DNA of 64,000 nt from an uncultured cyanobacterium (GTDB lineage Bacteria; Cyanobacteriota; Cyanobacteriia; Cyanobacteriales; Nostocaceae): positions 1,536,001 to 1,600,000 of the forward strand of contig CAVUDP010000001.1 of assembly GCA_963740315.1 (NCBI GenBank), in the 5' to 3' direction. Below the pieces are notes generated by a model. It was given only the letters and a program-made list of their open reading frames with translations, was not told the DNA's origin and ran no database searches. This document shows, in pieces, positions 19,101-28,496 of this stretch. The translations under genes were made by a program, and so were the position numbers. How positions within the stretch are numbered: the first letter of the stretch is position 1; each line of letters begins with the position of its first letter.

Positions 19101-19948
19101 ATACAATTCCAGTTAATCAAAATTCCGAAAATTCGTCTTGTCTTCTAGATTTATTCCCTGGTGGTGTGAGTTATGCACCCAGTTGTCAACTTTTGCAACA
19201 GGTACAAAAACGGGAACGTCCTGATTTTCAATCCCTGTTTGCGATTCAAAATCCCACAGAAGACCTTGATTTCACCGATTTGGAAGTAGAAACCATATTA
19301 TCTTACTTTCCCTCCTATCAAGTATTAACCAAAAAACAAGCCACAAAAGCTGCTTTATCCCAAGCCGAAAGACAATTAAAGCAAGCGAATTATCTTCATT
19401 TTTCTTGTCACGGTTCCTTCAATTTTAATTCTCCCCAAAATTCTTGCTTACTCCTAGCAGAAAGTGTGGATGAAAATAATAACTTAGATTTAACTAAATG
19501 TTTAACATTGGGTAATTTGTTTGAAAGAACTTTCGATTTTAGTCAAACTCGTCTTGTGGTTCTTTCAGCTTGCGAAACTGGCTTAGTTGATTTTAATAAT
19601 ACCAGTGATGAATATATCAGTTTACCCAGTGGCTTTCTCTATGCAGGTAGTAGCAGTGTGGTAAGTAGTTTGTGGACAGTAAGCGATTTATCCACAGCAT
19701 TTTTGATGATTAAATTCATTCAAAATTTGCGGGCTGCTAAAGATATGTCAGTACCACTGGCTATGAATCAAGCCCAAATATGGTTACGTGATGCCAGTAT
19801 AAAAGACATACTAGAATGGAGTAAAAAATCGCAGCTTAATCAAAATATTCAGCAAGAAATACAGGAGGAACTGGAACTTCATAACCCTAATGAAAAACAT
19901 TTTTCTTCTCCTTTTCATTGGGCTGCTTTCTGCGCTATTGGGCAATAA
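16166..19948 (+). CDS. TPR-repeat CHAT (caspase-like) protease with four N-terminal helical repeats
   Basis: 46-aa TPR-like units (WAxTQNNLAxAY), LHFSCHG and VLSACETG dyad motifs, SSLWTV, C-terminal PFHWAAF. Confidence 0.95.
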   Translation: MNEQRQEAYLNLIQSLLSFRRNKKKIQEILAANQDLFDADFLRVLEVVAEVKSESGQENIANWLRRLATYLNTPATPLSMKEQRQQAYHNLIQSLLNCRSNDEVREILAANEKLFDTDFLQTVEAVAQTFSKNGDENTANWLRNLAMNEYRHQAYFNLIESLLNCGNDDEISKTLIANQELIDAGFLQAVEIMAKTYSQNGHESTASWLQNLAASLYRQQAYSRLIQSLLNCGNDDEVSQTLVENQELIDAGFLRAVEMVAQTLSQNGEENIANWLQNLVMHLKKSQFLIEVLQAIANNRGDLQMIYPLLEKNIDKLDEVLAEILLRWGTNTLEKMELDIAESLVSDIVEYSNIMQKFPLGNKASNIEIAIAGYEVALQIYTREALPENWAMTQNNLASAYFERIKGDRAENIEKAIAAATAASTVRTREALPEDWAITQNNLANAYCNRIKGDRAENIEKAIAAHTAALTVRTREALPEDWAMTQNNLANAYCERIKGDKAENIEKAIAAYAAILTVRTQEALPEGWAMTQNNLATAYYDRIKGDKADNIEKVIAAATAASTVFTRKASPQSWAITQNNLANAYSDRIKGDRADNIEKAIAAYTAALTVTTREALPLDWATTQHNIGRAYTHRVKGDRADNIEKAIPAYAAALTIYTKDALPLDWAITQNNLAGVYRDRIKGDKAENIEKAITCSRNALEFMTSDAFPQKYAEALFGLGIAYQKVNQLNLAHNAFESAIATIESLREEIISGEESKRKQAEYFGENYRRMVEVCLELGKKTEAIEYVERSKTRNLVEQILERDSKTIFPSEVVTQLETYRDEIATGQYQIQNGKAENPKVLAQHLQQLRQQRNELQNEYLPVGYGFKFDSFQATLDERTAIIEWYILNDKILAFIVTQTGEVKVWQSSTEDREAFLNWGNKYLRNYYTQKDQWQNSLGEELKELASVLHIDKILTQIPKHCDKLILIPHLFLHLFPLHTIPVNQNSENSSCLLDLFPGGVSYAPSCQLLQQVQKRERPDFQSLFAIQNPTEDLDFTDLEVETILSYFPSYQVLTKKQATKAALSQAERQLKQANYLHFSCHGSFNFNSPQNSCLLLAESVDENNNLDLTKCLTLGNLFERTFDFSQTRLVVLSACETGLVDFNNTSDEYISLPSGFLYAGSSSVVSSLWTVSDLSTAFLMIKFIQNLRAAKDMSVPLAMNQAQIWLRDASIKDILEWSKKSQLNQNIQQEIQEELELHNPNEKHFSSPFHWAAFCAIGQ
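17315..18280 (+). repeat. Seven tandem 138-bp coding repeats (46-aa TPR units)
   Basis: gaagctttgcct...tgggcaat.acgcaaaataa unit recurs at about 17315, 17453, 17591, 17729, 17867, 18005, 18143. Confidence 0.85.
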
Positions 19949-19958
19949 AATTAATTAA

Positions 19959-20037
19959 GTAGCTTGGGTTGATACAAGCTAGAAAAGCCAACATTATACA
20001 AGAATTTCTTGGGTTGGGCTACACCTAATCCAACCTA
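19959..20037. repeat. Degenerate cyanobacterial REP-like palindromic element
   Basis: gtagcttgggttg...ccaac...ttgggttgg...ccaaccta. Confidence 0.4.
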
Positions 20038-20072
20038 AAATCAAAACACTTATATATCTGGAGAAAAATAAT

Positions 20073-20420
20073 ATGAAATTTGCCAAACTTATCCAAAACT
20101 TTCCCGAAGCATTAAAAACTCAACCTCAAATATTTGATATCAAAGACTTGCAAGATTTAGATATAATTCTTACAGAATTGGACAGTGAAGCGGATGAAGT
20201 AACCGAAAAAGTTAAAAATTGGTTTAGAACTCATACAACAGCCAGAGATGCTTTAATTCAATTTTCATCTTCTACTCGCCAAGTCAATTCATCTCCTCGT
20301 CAACCACCAAGTAGCGAAGCCTCTATTATTCAAAACTTAATGGAACTACGACGAACTAATCAAGAAATTGTCTCTCAAAAGAATCAAAATTCACCCAAAC
20401 AATCAAATGACAAACAATGA
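20073..20420 (+). CDS. Small hypothetical protein downstream of the CHAT gene
   Basis: 115 aa, GGAG RBS, ATGA overlap with the next gene. Confidence 0.75.
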   Translation: MKFAKLIQNFPEALKTQPQIFDIKDLQDLDIILTELDSEADEVTEKVKNWFRTHTTARDALIQFSSSTRQVNSSPRQPPSSEASIIQNLMELRRTNQEIVSQKNQNSPKQSNDKQ

Positions 20421-21973
20421 CATACAAAGTCTATGCACCTAACGTTCATCTCTTTGCCTTCCATCTGCGTGATGACTCTTCATCAGACAACTATAACAAT
20501 AAATTACTTTGGCACAAATGCCGGGAAATTTTTCAAAGATTTGAAATTTCTCAGGAATTAAAAATTAGAAATGTCGCACCAGATAGACGTGTTGATTTAC
20601 TAGAAGAAGCTGCCGACACAAATATTTTTCTACCATTAGAAGGCGCAATAATTCTAGATACAGCACAAAAAACCAGAGTTACAGGTATCGCCTGTCCTCT
20701 GCAAATATATGATAGCTATGCTCTAGCTTTAAACCTACGGATTGACGAACTTGATCAATCTCAAAATAAAACAGAAGCAGTAGATATAAGTATTTTCAAA
20801 AATTTTAATCCAGATAATTGCTTTTTACCTAAAAACATTAATAGTTCTCTGGGACAAACCTTACTATTAACTGCTTGGCTATCCCCAGATCAACAACAAG
20901 ATGCAACACTTTGGCGAGAAATTGCTCAACAGTGCGTGCAGAATTTCTGCGAACAAAAAGGAGAATGTCCACAACTGTATCAAGAAAGTCTATTATTTGA
21001 TAGTCCAATTTTTGAATATGCTAATCCTAATTCTGCTCATGGTTATGAACACATATTAGTGTGGCTATTTTTTTCAGAAGAAGAAGAGCAATATTCTGCC
21101 AAAGCGGATGCTAATCTTAGCTCATTTTATCAAGATTTTATAGATTTATTTTTTTATCGCAATAAAGTTATCAAAGCTTATCATATTAGTAGAGATGTAT
21201 ATTCAGATATTTATAGTTTATATAAAGAATTTAAACAAACTGTGAGTGAAATAGCCAAGATCAAATCGATTGGCAATAGTTCATTAGTTCCGAGTACAAA
21301 TAGATATTTATCTCCTGAAATCAAAATAACATCTCCTCAAAACAAAATAGTCCCAACAATTTCGCCAGATAACAATTTGACAGTTTCAAATACAATTACG
21401 GGATTATCTAATATTGAACTCAAAAATTATAAAAATAAACTCAGCATATTTCCTCTATTAGATTTACAATATTCCGAATACTTGACAGAATTTGATAAAT
21501 ATCGCCTGACTATTGAGACAAACACTAACAATTATGCAGAAAAGCTAAGACAGATACAAGAAAAATCTGCAAATGAAAATTTACAGTTTTTATCAAATTT
21601 TAATCAAATAATATCTATTAAATTTTCTAACCAAATCCAAACAGATTTAGGTTATTTTGCAAATACTCCTGCCTTAATAGACAAAGCCATCACATCAATT
21701 CGCGGCATAGTAGAAATAGAACAAGCCGAGCGCGATCGCTCTTTAGAAAACACCATTCAAAGATTAGGTATAGCCTTTGGCGGCGGTGCAATAGTTTCTG
21801 GTGTCGTCACGCAACACGTAGATAAACCCTTCGCACCAGGGATAATAAACTTCAAGTATCCAGTTCACCCCCTAACATTATCCTTGCTGTGGAGTTTTGT
21901 GGCTACCACCTTTTTTTGGTTCTTAGCGTGGTTGTTTACTAAACCCAAACGGAAGAGGAATAAACGAAATTAG
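20417..21973 (+). CDS. Hypothetical protein with a long helical region, two C-terminal TM helices and a basic tail
   Basis: EQAERDRSLENTI followed by GIAFGGGAIVSGV and LLWSFVATTFFWFLAWLF, ending KPKRKRNKRN. Confidence 0.8.
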   Translation: MTYKVYAPNVHLFAFHLRDDSSSDNYNNKLLWHKCREIFQRFEISQELKIRNVAPDRRVDLLEEAADTNIFLPLEGAIILDTAQKTRVTGIACPLQIYDSYALALNLRIDELDQSQNKTEAVDISIFKNFNPDNCFLPKNINSSLGQTLLLTAWLSPDQQQDATLWREIAQQCVQNFCEQKGECPQLYQESLLFDSPIFEYANPNSAHGYEHILVWLFFSEEEEQYSAKADANLSSFYQDFIDLFFYRNKVIKAYHISRDVYSDIYSLYKEFKQTVSEIAKIKSIGNSSLVPSTNRYLSPEIKITSPQNKIVPTISPDNNLTVSNTITGLSNIELKNYKNKLSIFPLLDLQYSEYLTEFDKYRLTIETNTNNYAEKLRQIQEKSANENLQFLSNFNQIISIKFSNQIQTDLGYFANTPALIDKAITSIRGIVEIEQAERDRSLENTIQRLGIAFGGGAIVSGVVTQHVDKPFAPGIINFKYPVHPLTLSLLWSFVATTFFWFLAWLFTKPKRKRNKRN

Positions 21974-22126
21974 TCGCATGACAATTCTTATATATAGTAT
22001 CTCTGTACCTACCGAAAGCAATAATTGACAAAGTATAAAGTTTGACTCAGATATTGCGGTGTATAATTTTTAATGGTAATAACTGCTGTCAGTTAGAACA
22101 TCCCTTGTTTACCGCAATCTCCTTCC

Positions 22127-22390
22127 ATGAGCCTAATTAATCTGGATTTGCTGTTTAAAGCAATTAGTGGCATCGCTCAACCTGTGATTAAAGAAAAGGT
22201 TCAGCGTAATGAAACTGTAATTAAATTACTTAAGCAGTTTAAAATTGACTCAGAGCATCCGCCGGGAGATTTTAGCGGGGTATATGCTTATACTCTTGTA
22301 GAATATGGTGTTGGTAAGCCACAGCCCATTCTTGAGTTGTTTCGTCAGCAAGAAATTAAAGCAGCGTTTCGCAAAGCGTTTGACCAGATA
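22127..22390 (+). pseudogene. 5' stub of a gene resembling the N-terminal helical domain of cyanobacterial NACHT proteins
   Basis: IAQPVIKEKVQRNETVIKLLKQF...DFSGVYAYTLVEYGVGKPQPILELFRQ; after about 22390 the frame reads the antisense of the carrier-domain copy. Confidence 0.55.
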
Positions 22391-25300
22391 GCTTTTCGAT
22401 TTCCCCCACTACAACTGCTGCTTTAACGCAATCCCCTCCTAACTCGAAAAAGTTGTCATTTCGCTTAACCGACTCAATTTCTAAAACCTGTTGCCAAATT
22501 TCTGCCAACCAAATCTCTGCCTCATTCTGGGGAGCGTCGCTCGGCTGACTTGATACTTTGTCTTCAATAGTCCAACTTGCCAAACTCGCTTCTTGGTCTG
22601 TCAGATTTAAGCAAGCATTCAATTTTTCTGCATAAACTTGGATGTGGGGTTCTGCATGATAAGTGTTGTGTCTTCCGGGAACCTCGACAACTTCAACCCC
22701 ACCCTCAACCCAATCATTCCAACCATTGGGTTGCATCGGGTCAAAATGAGAGCGGAAATATTGTCGATTTTCTGCCGCAGCAAAATAAATAACCCGTCCC
22801 GAATAGATTTTGGGAAGATGATTAATAATAACTTGCCAGTTGGCTTCAGAAACTTTTAAAATATTCTCAATTATATTGTTACTTAATCCATCATCCTGTA
22901 ATTTCTTTTGTACCTTCTCCTTCCCAAAATATTGCCAACTCGTCCATCTTTGTATTTTGTCTTCTTCAGTAATTAAGGGATTGAGACTATCTGCCATAGT
23001 CACTAACAAAACTTGCTGACCCTGCTTTTTTAATTGTTGAGCCATTTCAAAGGCAATATTACCTCCTATACATACACCGCCTAGAAGATAGGGACCTTGA
23101 GGCTGTACGGTTTGAATCTCCCGGATGTAGTGGTCTATCATCTCTTGGATACAGGTATGGGGTGCTGCTTCACCATCAAGTCCGACTGGCTGTAAACCAT
23201 AAAGGGGACGCTTCGGATCGAGATAACGCACCAACTGTCCGCCACCACCCAAACCTCCGAGAGCATGGACGTAAAAGAAAGGTAGCTTGCTCCCCCTGGG
23301 ACGGATGGGAACCAGGGAACCAGAGCCAAGATTATCCCAGTTTTTTTGCATGATTCGACGCGCAAGTTGGGCGATGGTTTTGGCTTCGGCTAAACTCGCT
23401 AATGGAATTTTTAGACCGAACTTTTTTTCAATTTCCGTCACCACAACTGCTGTTTTGACGAAATCCCCTCCTAACTCGAAAAAGTTATCATTTCGCTTAA
23501 CTGACTCAATTTCTAAAACCTGTTGCCAAATTTCTGCCAACAGAATCTCTACCTCATTCTGGGGAGCGTCGCTCGGCTGACTTAATACCTTGTCTTCAAT
23601 AGTCCAACTTGCCAAACTGTTTAAACTGCCTTCCAAAAATGCTCTTCGACAAACTTGACGCTGAATTTTACCGCTAGAGGTTTTAAAAATACTGCCTCGT
23701 TTGAGCAGCACAACACCATAAATGGGTAACTCATAGTGTTCGGCAACCCCATTGCGAATAGCACTCACCACTTTTTCAACATCCAGATTTTGACTCGCAC
23801 CACGCTCAACCTCAAATGCGATAACTAATTGCTCAACTCCATCGACTTCAATGGAAAATGCTGCCCCATACCCCGGACGCAACGCCGGATGGCTCTTTTC
23901 CACCACCCACTCAATATCCTGGGGATAGTAATTCTCGCCACGAATAATTATCAAATCCTTAAGACGACCTGTCACAAACAGTTCCCCATCCCGAACAAAT
24001 CCCAAATCCCCCGTCCGCAAAAACGGTCCCTCTCCCGTGTCTGCCAAACGCGCCCCAAAGATTTCTTCACTTACCTCCGGACGCTGCCAGTAACCCCGCG
24101 CCACTCCTGCACTCGCCACCCAAATTTCCCCCACCTCATCTGGGGCGCAGCTAGTCAACGTTTGGGGATGAACAATCGCCATTTGGGTATTCCCTAACAA
24201 CCGTCCCGAACTCACCCACCGCTGTCCCGTCGCCGATTCAACCACGCGATTTTGCGCCAAAGCTTCCGCTGACAGATAATAGAACACTGGCTCCATCCCT
24301 TTCCGACTCGTCGTTACCAGCAGCGTCGTTTCCGCCAATCCGTAAGCCGGGGCAAACGCCCGACGACGAAACCCGCAGGAAGCGAAAGCTTGACTAAATT
24401 GGTCGATAACCTCGGGATTAATTGGTTCGGCAGCATTCCCCGCCGCTTCCCAACTGCTCAAATCCAGCGTCGCCCGTTCCTCCGATGCAATCCGCCGTAG
24501 ACAATAAGCATAGGCAAAATTCGGCGCTTGGCTGTGGGTGGCGCGATACCGGGAAATTGCTTGCAGCCAGCGGAGCGGCTGTTTGATAAACGCCATCGGC
24601 GACATCAAATAACAGGGCGTGCCGTTGTAAATTGGTGTGAGAATCCCTTCCACCAGCCCGTAATCGTGAAAATAGGGCATCCAGGTGACGGTGATGCTGT
24701 TGGCATCGTAACCACCCGCCTGTTGCAGTTCGGCTAAATGAGCCATGAGATTATTGCCATCGAGCATCACCCCTTTGGGGGTAGAGGTGGAGCCAGAAGT
24801 ATATTGTAGGTAGGCGAGAGTGTCGCCGTTGATGTCCGGTTCTTGCCATTGGCTAGCGAGGCAATCGGGAATTTTATCGGTTGCCGCCCAAGGAAGCTGG
24901 GCGAGATGTGGAATTGACTGGTCGATGTCAGCAGTCGTGAGAGAATAGTGAAGGAACAGCGACGGTTTGCCGTTGAGTGGTCGAACAATACTCCGGGCGG
25001 TGAAGGTAAACGAGTTATTGTCGCGGTTGGCAACGAGTGGAGCAGTGGTGAGAACCAGAGAAGCTCCAGCATCGGCAGCGATCGCTTCCAACCGAGGGAG
25101 GGTGCGTTTGAGCCGCAACCTTAGGAGTCCGGGAGCGGGAATGGCGACGACTCCAGCGTACAGGCAACCAAAAAAGGCGGCGATCGCATCTAAGCTTTGG
25201 GGATAAACAAGTAAAACCCTTTCTCCAATGTTAAGCTGCGCTTGTAGGTAAGCAGCAATTGCTTTAGCTTTTTCGTCTAATTGGTGGTACGTCAGGCTGG

Positions 25301-25451
25301 TAGGTAAGGTTCCATTTTCCAGGAACGTGAAAGCGACACGGTTGGGGTATTGGCTGGCGCGGCGTTGTAGGAGATTGACAATCGAAACTTCCCTTTCATC
25401 TCGATATTGCTGGGTACTGCTTTCTAAAAGCTGATGTTCTAAATATGACAT
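22356..25451 (-). CDS. Fatty acyl-AMP ligase (FAAL)-carrier-thioesterase-truncated carrier multidomain protein, possibly inactivated
   Basis: LQYTSGSTSTPKG, YGLAETTL, RTGDLG, GRLKDLIII, KTSSGKIQR; carriers FFELGGDF and FFELGGDC; TE GVCIGG and VPGRH; ATG 25451 follows GAGG. Confidence 0.85.
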   Translation of the reverse strand: MSYLEHQLLESSTQQYRDEREVSIVNLLQRRASQYPNRVAFTFLENGTLPTSLTYHQLDEKAKAIAAYLQAQLNIGERVLLVYPQSLDAIAAFFGCLYAGVVAIPAPGLLRLRLKRTLPRLEAIAADAGASLVLTTAPLVANRDNNSFTFTARSIVRPLNGKPSLFLHYSLTTADIDQSIPHLAQLPWAATDKIPDCLASQWQEPDINGDTLAYLQYTSGSTSTPKGVMLDGNNLMAHLAELQQAGGYDANSITVTWMPYFHDYGLVEGILTPIYNGTPCYLMSPMAFIKQPLRWLQAISRYRATHSQAPNFAYAYCLRRIASEERATLDLSSWEAAGNAAEPINPEVIDQFSQAFASCGFRRRAFAPAYGLAETTLLVTTSRKGMEPVFYYLSAEALAQNRVVESATGQRWVSSGRLLGNTQMAIVHPQTLTSCAPDEVGEIWVASAGVARGYWQRPEVSEEIFGARLADTGEGPFLRTGDLGFVRDGELFVTGRLKDLIIIRGENYYPQDIEWVVEKSHPALRPGYGAAFSIEVDGVEQLVIAFEVERGASQNLDVEKVVSAIRNGVAEHYELPIYGVVLLKRGSIFKTSSGKIQRQVCRRAFLEGSLNSLASWTIEDKVLSQPSDAPQNEVEILLAEIWQQVLEIESVKRNDNFFELGGDFVKTAVVVTEIEKKFGLKIPLASLAEAKTIAQLARRIMQKNWDNLGSGSLVPIRPRGSKLPFFYVHALGGLGGGGQLVRYLDPKRPLYGLQPVGLDGEAAPHTCIQEMIDHYIREIQTVQPQGPYLLGGVCIGGNIAFEMAQQLKKQGQQVLLVTMADSLNPLITEEDKIQRWTSWQYFGKEKVQKKLQDDGLSNNIIENILKVSEANWQVIINHLPKIYSGRVIYFAAAENRQYFRSHFDPMQPNGWNDWVEGGVEVVEVPGRHNTYHAEPHIQVYAEKLNACLNLTDQEASLASWTIEDKVSSQPSDAPQNEAEIWLAEIWQQVLEIESVKRNDNFFELGGDCVKAAVVVGEIEKLSGQTLCETLL
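22395..22586. repeat. About 190-bp near-identical duplication of the carrier-domain segment at about 23426-23617
   Basis: Shared acaactgctg...atcccctcctaactcgaaaaagtt...ctcattctggggagcgtcgctcggctgactt...tcttcaatagtccaacttgccaaact. Confidence 0.9.
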
Positions 25452-25955
25452 TTTATATTCCTCATTCAACATCAACCTCGATTGCTTAATTCCCACTTCC
25501 ACAGTTTTTAGGTCTTGAGTATTATATAACTTAACTCAAGCTTCCCAATAGTGACAAACACTGACAATATAATCTTGAATATATGGAAATGACAAGTAAC
25601 TTGCAAGATTGCGATTAAATTGGAAGAGTAAAATTATTAACAAATAACGAGAGATAAGAAGCAAGGTTAGACGTATAATTAATGTCGGTAGAGGTAAACT
25701 TCGACAACCGTGTCATAAAACATTATAAGTATTTGATTTTACCTTTAAAATTTGCATAGATACTTTATTGATAAATGATGTTGTGAGTTGCTCCCCCGAA
25801 CCGCTCTAAGATTTCCTATTAAAATCCATCGGAGTCAAGTTTACGCGGCATTTCCCCAAAATGCGCCGGATTCCAACGGTCAGACTCAGAACTTTTTTTC
25901 ACTTCTGTTCTCCCATCTGTATTGGTTATGAAACTTTTGCACCCATTGAAGCTTT

Positions 25956-27593
25956 TTATTTAGTCGAGCAAGATACATTTTCTCGCCATTTACGAAGCTG
26001 GTGATATATTTCAATCTCGTGAAAGGCTCGGTTTTCCCATATTAATGTGCCAGGAAGTTTGATTTCATACACACCGTTAGCAATCTCCTTATATTCCTCG
26101 ATAACACCCTCTTTCTTGGCTCCATTTAATACCTTGACACTATCCGGAGTAATACCAATCACTCTCCGTTTTTGTTCGTTTGAGAGAGCATTCCAGGCTT
26201 CTACCTTAATTTCTGGATATTGGTTAAATATGCTTCTAATGTCTTCCCAATCCCCCTGTATTAAAACATCGATTCCCTTGTCAAGTGGTGTCGGCTCCAA
26301 CTCTAAATCTGACTCTTGTGGTTCCTCTAAATATTCTTCTTGTGATTGTTCGGCATTTTTATAATACTTAAACCTACTAGTTTCTTTAACTACTTCCAAC
26401 TCCGTCCAATGAAAATAATGATTGAAACCCTCAACCGAAACCAGAATGGGACTAATATTCTCCCCATTTAATCCCATTACCTTACCTTGTTTATTTTGAA
26501 GATTCCCTGTTTTGATTTCTACCGTGGCGGGTATATCAAAGCCCATCGATAGCAGAGCATCGTTACGAACATCGGTGTCTACCCATGCCAACTCTTGCTC
26601 GAAGTTTTGGTAAGAAGCAAGATTAGCCCCCCAAGTTTCTCTCCACTGTGGATTATGGTTATAAGCGTAATTAGAAAGATGCTTGAGCGCTATCGTATCG
26701 TGCCGAAGTATATTCGATACTGCATCCCATCTTTTATCTTGAGGAACTGTTGCTTCCCAACGTTGGCAACACTCGACTATTAACCAACCTGAAGAATCGC
26801 TGATTCTACCAATATTTTGAATATCAGTGATTAACTGCTGTGCCAATTCTTCCCATCTCTCCTCGACGGTTTGACTTGAGCCGGTTGATGTGGTTTCCTG
26901 TTGAGGATTTTGATTAATTTCTTGAGTACTCGAATCGTTCACATCACTTACATCTGAAGTAGTATTTTCAACAACTTCAAGTGGTTCTTCTACATCTGTA
27001 AGTTTTTGATAAAAATCGGCGATCGCCATTCTCACAATCCGCTGCGGGGAGAACCCCAACTGCTCTATCAGCTTATCTGCAAGCACTCCTGTCTGATGGT
27101 CATCTTCCATAATCTTGCCGAAAGTATAGTATCGATTACCATCTGGTGTTGCTCGCCAATTGCCAACTTTTTTATCTTTTCTTTGAGACTTGAGAAACTT
27201 TCTTCTTTCTTCAATCAGTTCCAATACAAGTTTGCAAGTCAATCCACCAATGGGAATATCTTGCAATTTTTCAATTAAAACCTGGTAATTCTTCGAGCAT
27301 AATCGTAGCAATACTGGTACAGGCAATACAGCCAAGTGTTCTGGACACCCAACAAACGCTTGAAAATTCTCTGCAATTTTTAGCGATCGCCTTTCTTCTG
27401 TACTCCCTTTATCCCATCCATACTCTTCCAACAGTGCGCGATACTGTTTCCTATTAAGAGTGTGCTTACATTCGTAGAGTGAAAAAGCTGCGTACAGATA
27501 CTCTAAAGTACTTTGCTCGATGTGTACCGTAGGATTGGAGTCTAAATAGCTTTGCTCGGTGTACCTTTCGGTTGCAAGAGTTAGTGAAGTCAT
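25956..27593 (-). CDS. Hypothetical protein (plasmid-backbone type)
   Basis: 545-aa ORF; possible KOW-like stretch (VEIKTGNLQNKQGKV); no family recognised. Confidence 0.75.
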   Translation of the reverse strand: MTSLTLATERYTEQSYLDSNPTVHIEQSTLEYLYAAFSLYECKHTLNRKQYRALLEEYGWDKGSTEERRSLKIAENFQAFVGCPEHLAVLPVPVLLRLCSKNYQVLIEKLQDIPIGGLTCKLVLELIEERRKFLKSQRKDKKVGNWRATPDGNRYYTFGKIMEDDHQTGVLADKLIEQLGFSPQRIVRMAIADFYQKLTDVEEPLEVVENTTSDVSDVNDSSTQEINQNPQQETTSTGSSQTVEERWEELAQQLITDIQNIGRISDSSGWLIVECCQRWEATVPQDKRWDAVSNILRHDTIALKHLSNYAYNHNPQWRETWGANLASYQNFEQELAWVDTDVRNDALLSMGFDIPATVEIKTGNLQNKQGKVMGLNGENISPILVSVEGFNHYFHWTELEVVKETSRFKYYKNAEQSQEEYLEEPQESDLELEPTPLDKGIDVLIQGDWEDIRSIFNQYPEIKVEAWNALSNEQKRRVIGITPDSVKVLNGAKKEGVIEEYKEIANGVYEIKLPGTLIWENRAFHEIEIYHQLRKWRENVSCSTK

Positions 27594-27671
27594 GTTAAAT
27601 TAGTCTTGTTTTTAATATGTTTTTGGTCTGCGTTAAAGACCAACTTTTTTAATCCAACCAATCTGAATAAA

Positions 27672-28301
27672 TTAAGCCGCCGTTGAGAGCGCTTTAGACA
27701 CTACTGCGGGCTTGCTTCTCTTGAGATTAGCATCAATTGATGAAACTTGGAAGATAGCCGCCAATGCATAGCCCAAAGTATGCTTGTGAATTTGGGGCAT
27801 TTTTTGAAACGACATATCTTGTCCCCAGTCTTGAACCGATTTTGTGCCAATATGCAGAACTTGGGTTAGAGTTTTGACACAATTCCCACGAAAGTTAGCG
27901 TGAGAAACAGTTTGTAATATTTCCTGTTCCGTTAACCCATCGAGAAGGACTTTCTCTAGAAAGGTTTGAGCATCAACCGACGGTGGAACAAAATCCCCTC
28001 TTAGGATGCTTCCTAGCTGATGAGGCACAATTTGAGCAGCATAGATATAAGCAAGGGCAATCCTACAATATTTAGGCATCCCTTCAAAATTAAGGTCGCT
28101 TCCCCATTTACGAACCGTAGCTCGCTGAATATCAAAGATTGCACAGAATACGCTAATGCATTTTTTGCGGTACTGGCTGTCTGTTTCTTCTTCGAGCAGT
28201 TCTGAGGGAGTCAGTTCGGCAATACCGAAGCAGTGACGTAGGAACTGCCTGGGTTCTAAACCTTCTTTTGGTAAACTTTTCAGGACTTCGCAGCTTTTCA
28301 T
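27672..28301 (-). CDS. Hypothetical protein with two internal HTH-like repeats
   Basis: FL...YRKKCI...TVRKWG...MP...L.Y repeated as FL...FRGNCV...SVQDWG...MP...LGY. Confidence 0.7.
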   Translation of the reverse strand: MKSCEVLKSLPKEGLEPRQFLRHCFGIAELTPSELLEEETDSQYRKKCISVFCAIFDIQRATVRKWGSDLNFEGMPKYCRIALAYIYAAQIVPHQLGSILRGDFVPPSVDAQTFLEKVLLDGLTEQEILQTVSHANFRGNCVKTLTQVLHIGTKSVQDWGQDMSFQKMPQIHKHTLGYALAAIFQVSSIDANLKRSKPAVVSKALSTAA

Positions 28302-28496
28302 CTTTCAAGATTCCTGTTTAAAAGTAGAGGAGTTTACGGGAGCATTTAAATTTTGGACTCGAAACTGAAATTTATATTATTGGAATAATAACCTATATAG
28401 GTATATTAATACAAAATACTTAACTTACCTATATTGCTTATATGCCAATATTTGTCTCGATGACATAATTGAGGTAAGTATCGTAATGGGTGAAAT

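Noticed and set aside
22395..23617. DGR template/variable repeat pair
   Set aside because: Differences are not confined to adenines, both copies are in one coding frame, and no reverse transcriptase is present
22577..25206. Numerous short alternative ORFs within the FAAL gene, and similar shadows in other long genes
   Set aside because: They overlap well-supported CDSs, have no motifs, and are expected in GC-richer sequence
25816..25903. Short minus-strand frame VKKSSESDRWNPAHFGEMPRKLDSDGF as a gene remnant
   Set aside because: Looks coding but is too short to support without a homology search
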